From: an uncultured Chloroflexia bacterium
GTDB taxonomy: Bacteria; Chloroflexota; Limnocylindria; Limnocylindrales; CSP1-4
NCBI GenBank assembly: GCA_963720755.1
Contig: CAVRGP010000011.1
Coordinates: 384,001-448,000, forward strand
Reading direction: 5' to 3'
Length of the DNA stretch: 64,000 nt
Every line of letters begins with the position of its first letter. The first letter of the stretch is position 1. Position numbers and translations under genes: made by a program. Positions 59,270-64,000 of this stretch are shown in pieces. The notes under the pieces were generated by a model. It was not told the origin of the DNA. It searched no databases and saw only the letters and a program-made list of their open reading frames with translations.

Positions 59270-61033
59270 TCAGGCCCGGCGCGGCCGTCCCTGCATCCTC
59301 GGGACGAGGGTCGTGAGCTCGGTTGCCACATCGATCGGTCGTGCGCCCATCTCGGCCAGCAGCTCGAACACGCCGTCGCGATCCTCGTGGCACATGAGCA
59401 CGATCACCCTGGCGGCGTCCGGGCGGGCTCCGTGGATGCCACCGCCGGCTGCCCCGTTGAGTTCGGCCCGGAGCGCATCCGTCTCGCTGTCGTAGATCGG
59501 GACATCGGCCGGGTCGATCCCACCGGCGACGACCCCGACGAGGATCTCGCCCACCACCAATTCGGCGGTCCGTCCGCGGAGGTACCGAAGAGTCTGCTTG
59601 ATGGCCACCCGTTGCGCCCGCTCGGCCGCGATCCGGCCGATCCCACGGAGCGTGTCATCGGGGCGGTCGCCGGCCGTCCCGATGATCGCGGTGATCGGTG
59701 CGGCCCGACCCGCGGCGCCGCCGGCGATCCCCTCTGCGACGTCGAGGACGGCCCCGACCCCGGCCTCGTTGTGGGCGAAGTCGACGATCACGGTCCGGGC
59801 TCCGATCCGGTACAGGTTGAGCCGCCCCGGCGAGCGTTCCGCGCTCGGCGCGAAGTCGGCCAGCCCATCGCGGACCTCGGCGATCGAGGCCCCGAGGCCG
59901 CGGGCGCCACCGGCGGCGGCCATCGCGTTGGCGACGTTGTGGCGGGCCAACCCCCCGATCGTGATCGGAACCTCGACGACATCGACGATCGGCGTCTCCG
60001 ATGCCCCGTCGGCTTCGATGATCGTCCCGGCTCGGACCAGGTAGGCGCGACCGCCGCGCGCACGATGGCGCCGAACCACATCCGACCCGTCGCCATCCAT
60101 CGTGAACAGCGCGACCTTCGCCTTCACCCGGCGGGCGACCGCGGCGACCAGGGCGTCGTCGGCGTTGAGGACCACCCAGCCGTCGGCCCGGGTGATCCGG
60201 CAGACCGTCGACTTGACCTCGGCCAGCTCCGGTAGCGTGTGGATCCCCTGCAGGTCGAGGTGGTCGGACGAGACGTTGGTCAGGATGCTGGCGTCGTTCG
60301 ACTCATAGCCCATGCCGCGCAGGACGATCCCGCCGCGGGCCGTCTCCAGGACGGCCACGTCCACATCGCTCCGGGCCAGGATCTGGTGAGCGCCACCGGG
60401 CCCGGTCCAGTCCCCCTTGTCGACGATCCGCTCATCGACGAGTACCCCGTCCGAGGTGGTCGTTCCGACGTGGTGCCCGGCCACCAGGAGGATGTGCGTG
60501 ATCATCCGGGTCACGGTGCTCTTGCCGTTGGTGCCGGAGATCGAAACGACCGGGACCCGGCGCTCGGCATCGCGCACCCACTCGGGTGGGGTCGTGCGGG
60601 CCGCCACGATCCGCTCGGTCCACCGCGTGACGAGGCGCTCCTGGGCGCCGGTCAGCCGCGCCGTCTTCGACGGCGACACATCGCGCGCCGCCAGGGCAAG
60701 GGCCGCCTCGGTCAGCGTCATCGCCCGCTCGGCCCCGGACCATGGGAACGTGATGATCCAGTGACCCGGGTCCGATGAACGATGGACCGCCACCCCGCCC
60801 TTGCCCTCGTCGTGATCGACGCGCAGGCGACGGATCCAGGCCACGACGGCGGCCACGCCATCCGGTTGGTCACGAGCCCGGACGTCGGCCCCAAGGTGGA
60901 CGAGGGCGTGGCGCCCGGGGTCGCGCTGCCCATACCACGTTCGACGCCGGCCTGAAGCCAGCTCGACCTTGACCACCGGCTCGAGCCGGTAGACGTTCGG
61001 GCCCTCCAGCAGGCGGGTCTCGATGAGGCGCAC
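59270..61033 (-). CDS. CphA paralogue: divergent N domain plus Mur-ligase (M) domain, no ATP-grasp domain
   Basis: RLLEGPNVY..EPV N-terminus; SGTNGKSTV at about aa 165; ETARGG, TNV.SDHL, VLNADD, PGRLN, DFAHN, GDRPD, LRGR. Confidence 0.85.
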   Translation of the reverse strand: MRLIETRLLEGPNVYRLEPVVKVELASGRRRTWYGQRDPGRHALVHLGADVRARDQPDGVAAVVAWIRRLRVDHDEGKGGVAVHRSSDPGHWIITFPWSGAERAMTLTEAALALAARDVSPSKTARLTGAQERLVTRWTERIVAARTTPPEWVRDAERRVPVVSISGTNGKSTVTRMITHILLVAGHHVGTTTSDGVLVDERIVDKGDWTGPGGAHQILARSDVDVAVLETARGGIVLRGMGYESNDASILTNVSSDHLDLQGIHTLPELAEVKSTVCRITRADGWVVLNADDALVAAVARRVKAKVALFTMDGDGSDVVRRHRARGGRAYLVRAGTIIEADGASETPIVDVVEVPITIGGLARHNVANAMAAAGGARGLGASIAEVRDGLADFAPSAERSPGRLNLYRIGARTVIVDFAHNEAGVGAVLDVAEGIAGGAAGRAAPITAIIGTAGDRPDDTLRGIGRIAAERAQRVAIKQTLRYLRGRTAELVVGEILVGVVAGGIDPADVPIYDSETDALRAELNGAAGGGIHGARPDAARVIVLMCHEDRDGVFELLAEMGARPIDVATELTTLVPRMQGRPRRA

Positions 61034-61077
61034 GTTCCGGCGAGGATAGCAAGCCGCCGGAGGCTAGACTGGACGTC

Positions 61078-62325
61078 ATGACCATCAGCCCGACCGATGC
61101 CTCGATGCCGTCCCCGCTCGAGCTCGGTGCGCTGCAGGAAGCGATCGCCGCCGACCTGCCCGCATACCTGGCCGACCTGAAGGACCTCGTGAGCATCGAT
61201 TGCGGGAGCTACACCCCCGACGGCGTCGATGCCGTGGGCCGCTGGGTGCGTGCCTTCGTGACCGGTCTCGGAGCCGAGGTGGAGGTTCGGCCGGATCCTT
61301 CCGGACGGCTCGGCGCGACCCTGATCGCGACCTTCCATGGCCAAGCCGACGGACCGCGGGTCCTCCTGATCGGGCACATGGACACCGTCTTCGACCCGGG
61401 GACCGTCGCCGATCGACCATTCCGGATCAGCGATGGCGTGGCCTACGGCCCGGGGGTCACCGACATGAAATCGGGTTTGCTGGCCGGCCTGTACGCCATC
61501 AAGGCCATCATCGCGGACCGCGGCGGGCTGCCCTTCGAGCGACTCGTGTTCGTCGCCAACCCGGATGAGGAGATCGGGTCGCCGACCTCGACGCCGCACA
61601 TCCGGGAGGTGGCCGCCGACAGTGACGTCGCGCTCGTTCTCGAATGCGCGCGCGCCAACGGAGACATCGTGTCGTCCCGCAAGGGGATCCTGGATCTGCG
61701 TCTCGTGGTCGAAGGTCGGGCCGCCCACGCCGGGGTCGAACCCGAGAAGGGCCGGAGCGCGATCGTCGAGGCCGCTCGGATCGTCGGCGAGATCCATGCT
61801 CTCAACGGTCGCTGGCCGGACGTCACCCTCAACGTCGGTCTGATCACCGGCGGCACTCGTCCGAACGTCGTCGCCGAACGGTGCGCGCTCGAGGTCGACC
61901 TGCGGGCGACGTCACGAGCGGCGCTCGAAGCCGCCGAATCGGAGATCAGGCGGATCGCCGACTCCACGGTCGTGCCGGACACGACGGTCACGTTCGAGCC
62001 GATGGCCCGCTGGTGGCCGATGGAGAAGCTGGAGCGGAGTGGCCGGCTCGTGGAGCACGCCCAGGCCGTTGCCGCCGAACTCGGTTTCACGATCGCCGAT
62101 GCCGCCACCGGCGGGGCCTCCGATGCCAATACGACGGCAGGCATGGGGATCCCGAGCCTCGATGGCCTGGGTCCGATCGGCGGCAGCGACCATGCCCCGT
62201 CCGAATACCTCGAGATCGATTCCATCGTGCCCCGGACGACCCTTCTGGCGGGCCTGCTCCTGGCCATCGCCGGGGACCCCGACATCCCTGGTTGGCGTTC
62301 CGACCGTCCGGCCATCGGCGGCTGA
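61078..62325 (+). CDS. M20-family metallopeptidase (carboxypeptidase G2-like)
   Basis: IGHMDTVF, GPGVTDMKSG, DEEIGS, RKG, AHAG..PE.G, GGASDAN, DGLGP.G..H...E. Confidence 0.9.
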   Translation: MTISPTDASMPSPLELGALQEAIAADLPAYLADLKDLVSIDCGSYTPDGVDAVGRWVRAFVTGLGAEVEVRPDPSGRLGATLIATFHGQADGPRVLLIGHMDTVFDPGTVADRPFRISDGVAYGPGVTDMKSGLLAGLYAIKAIIADRGGLPFERLVFVANPDEEIGSPTSTPHIREVAADSDVALVLECARANGDIVSSRKGILDLRLVVEGRAAHAGVEPEKGRSAIVEAARIVGEIHALNGRWPDVTLNVGLITGGTRPNVVAERCALEVDLRATSRAALEAAESEIRRIADSTVVPDTTVTFEPMARWWPMEKLERSGRLVEHAQAVAAELGFTIADAATGGASDANTTAGMGIPSLDGLGPIGGSDHAPSEYLEIDSIVPRTTLLAGLLLAIAGDPDIPGWRSDRPAIGG

Positions 62326-62374
62326 TCGCGGGTCGCCGGTCGGTGCCGGCCCGATCGGTGCCCGACCCTCGGAC

Positions 62375-62719
62375 TCAGACCGGGATGGCGGCCAGCCCGG
62401 CGGCCCGGGCGACCGCGACGATCGCCACGGCGGCGACGAGGCCGAGCAGCAAGTTGCCCTTGCGAGCGACGATCGCCAGGCAGGCGAAGACGGCCACCCA
62501 TTCGATCCCGACATGGAAGGACGGGACAGCGTCGTCACCGACGACCACCATCACGCTGACCGCGGCCAGCGCCGACAGGACGGCCGGACCCACCAGCTGG
62601 AGGTAGTCGAACGCGATCTTCGGCAGGCGGTCGAGGCCGGGTGCGAGAAGGCCGAGCGCGCGGGTCGGGTAGGTGACCGCGAACATCAGGATCGCCAGCG
62701 GGACGAGGTCCGTGCTCAC
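62375..62719 (-). CDS. azlD: AzlD-family membrane protein
   Basis: VTYPTRA, LP....YL..VGPAVL.AL; overlaps azlC. Confidence 0.82.
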   Translation of the reverse strand: MSTDLVPLAILMFAVTYPTRALGLLAPGLDRLPKIAFDYLQLVGPAVLSALAAVSVMVVVGDDAVPSFHVGIEWVAVFACLAIVARKGNLLLGLVAAVAIVAVARAAGLAAIPV

Positions 62720-63534
62720 CGGTCGGCCGGACGATCCACGGGATCGCCATCACCGCCGGCCTCGACGTGCGTGCCCGGTACCGAGTAACGCTCGGCGGAT
62801 GGCACCGTGCCGAGCGGTGCGGTCTCCATCGCCGCCGCGGTCGGAACGAGAAGGCCGAACAGCGGCCCGACGACCCCACCGGTGACGATCCCGACCGGCG
62901 GACTGACTGCGAGGGCGACGACGACCGCGATGCCGGATCCGACGATCGCCGCCACCAGTTCGCGCCGCCCGGTGACCAGCCCGACCGCCAGGCCGATCAT
63001 CGCTGCCGGGAAGATGATGTCGATCCCCAGGCGGGCCGGCTCGGGGATCTGGGCGCCGAGCACGACGCCGGTGAGTGTCGCCAGATTCCAGGGCACGAAG
63101 ATGGCCCCGATGGCGGCCATCCAGTAGCCTCGTTCGTCCGGCCGCCTGAGTCGACGAAAGTGGCTGATCGACAGGGCGAATGATTCGTCGGTCAGGATGT
63201 GGGCCATGACCGCGCGCCGTCCCGTCGGGACGTCGCGGAGCCACGGCGCGAGGGCCGCCGAGTAGAGCAGATGCCGGGCGTTGAGCAGCGCCGTCAGGAC
63301 GACGATCCCGGGCCAGGCGAGACCGCTCGCCACGTAGCCGACCGCGGCGAACTGGGCGGCACCGGCGAACACGATCGTGCTCATCGCCATCGCCTCGATG
63401 ACGGAGAAGCCGGCTTCTCGTGCCGAGAGGCCGTACACGAACCCGAACCCGATCGCCGACACGGCGATCCCGATCCCGTCGGTGACCAGTCGGCGCCGGC
63501 TGGCCCTGAGGTCCGGATCGATCGCGCTGGTCAG
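62716..63534 (-). CDS. azlC: AzlC-family permease; start uncertain
   Basis: GFGFVYG, MSTIVFAGAAQF, LNARHLLYS, LTDESFA. No ATG/GTG near the expected start; CTG 63534 overlaps the upstream stop. Confidence 0.85.
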   Translation of the reverse strand: MTSAIDPDLRASRRRLVTDGIGIAVSAIGFGFVYGLSAREAGFSVIEAMAMSTIVFAGAAQFAAVGYVASGLAWPGIVVLTALLNARHLLYSAALAPWLRDVPTGRRAVMAHILTDESFALSISHFRRLRRPDERGYWMAAIGAIFVPWNLATLTGVVLGAQIPEPARLGIDIIFPAAMIGLAVGLVTGRRELVAAIVGSGIAVVVALAVSPPVGIVTGGVVGPLFGLLVPTAAAMETAPLGTVPSAERYSVPGTHVEAGGDGDPVDRPADR

Positions 63535-63803
63535 CGCAGGAAGGTCTTGCCGCAGGTCCCGTCGCAGACCACGAACAACGCGTGCTTCTCGGCGGCATAT
63601 CCGGCGACGTGGAGCAGGCCGGGACAACCCTGGGTCGGGCACTTCCAGACCCACCAACGATCGTTGTCATCAAGCGGCGTGCTCTCGGACGCGAGCGTCC
63701 CGCCGAGCGGTTCGCGGGCCGCGACAAGGGCCGCGACCGCCGCGGCGCGATCAGCCTCGGTCTCGCTCGTGTATGGGTAGTTCTGGCCGACGTTGGACGT
63801 CAT
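63531..63803 (-). CDS. 90-aa protein with CxxxxC...H...CxxxC putative zinc ribbon
   Basis: WVWKCPTQGCPGLLHVAGY...VCDGTCGKTFLR; ATG preceded by GAGGG. Confidence 0.75.
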   Translation of the reverse strand: MTSNVGQNYPYTSETEADRAAAVAALVAAREPLGGTLASESTPLDDNDRWWVWKCPTQGCPGLLHVAGYAAEKHALFVVCDGTCGKTFLR

Positions 63804-63875
63804 CGCTCACTCACCCTCTGGCGCGGCTCCTCCGGCGGGGCCAGGCGAGTATCGCACAGGCGCCACGCACGTCGG

Positions 63876-64000
63876 TCATGCCTCGGCGGCTGCGTCCGGA
63901 GCCGTCATGGTGACCGCATCGAGTTCGTGTTCCTGGGTCCGCAGGCGAGACAGTGGGATGAGGGCGATCGCCAGAAGGATCGCGGTGGCGACGAGCATGC
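63876..64000 (-). CDS. C-terminus of a membrane protein, truncated by window edge
   Basis: MLVATAILLAIALIPLSRLRTQEHELD...AEA* hydrophobic helix followed by stop. Confidence 0.55.
   Translation of the reverse strand, partial: MLVATAILLAIALIPLSRLRTQEHELDAVTMTAPDAAAEA

Overview
High-GC bacterial chromosomal segment. The gene content and leaderless-promoter style suggest Chloroflexota (Ca. Limnocylindria-like); this is inference. I saw no rRNA, tRNA, CRISPR array, integrase or prophage. Left part (1.5-25.7 kb): GlcD-like oxidase, a repeat-rich intergenic region, a SorC regulator/FGGY kinase/NitT-TauT ABC operon, and a purine-catabolism cluster (guaD, three xanthine dehydrogenase subunits, uraD, uricase, malate synthase, cyclic amidohydrolase, DUF3830, uraH) with no recognisable allantoate or ureidoglycolate step. 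Middle: S8 protease, ku-ligD (ku has an RBS-sequestering leader), Eis-like acetyltransferase, vapBC pair, NUDIX genes, yyaL, mug, tatA, a frameshifted SDR and fuconate dehydratase remnant, an AcuC/HDAC-GNAT fusion, and lhr-nei with a candidate LexA box. Right: cphB-cphA followed by a convergent CphA paralogue that has N and Mur-ligase domains but no ATP-grasp domain, sharing a divergent promoter region with an M20 peptidase, then azlCD. Best novelty candidates: the ATP-grasp-less CphA paralogue with its M20 partner, the deacetylase-acetyltransferase fusion, the gap in the purine pathway, and the ku leader. Several single-base indels may be assembly errors. All family calls come from motif recognition by eye, not database searches.
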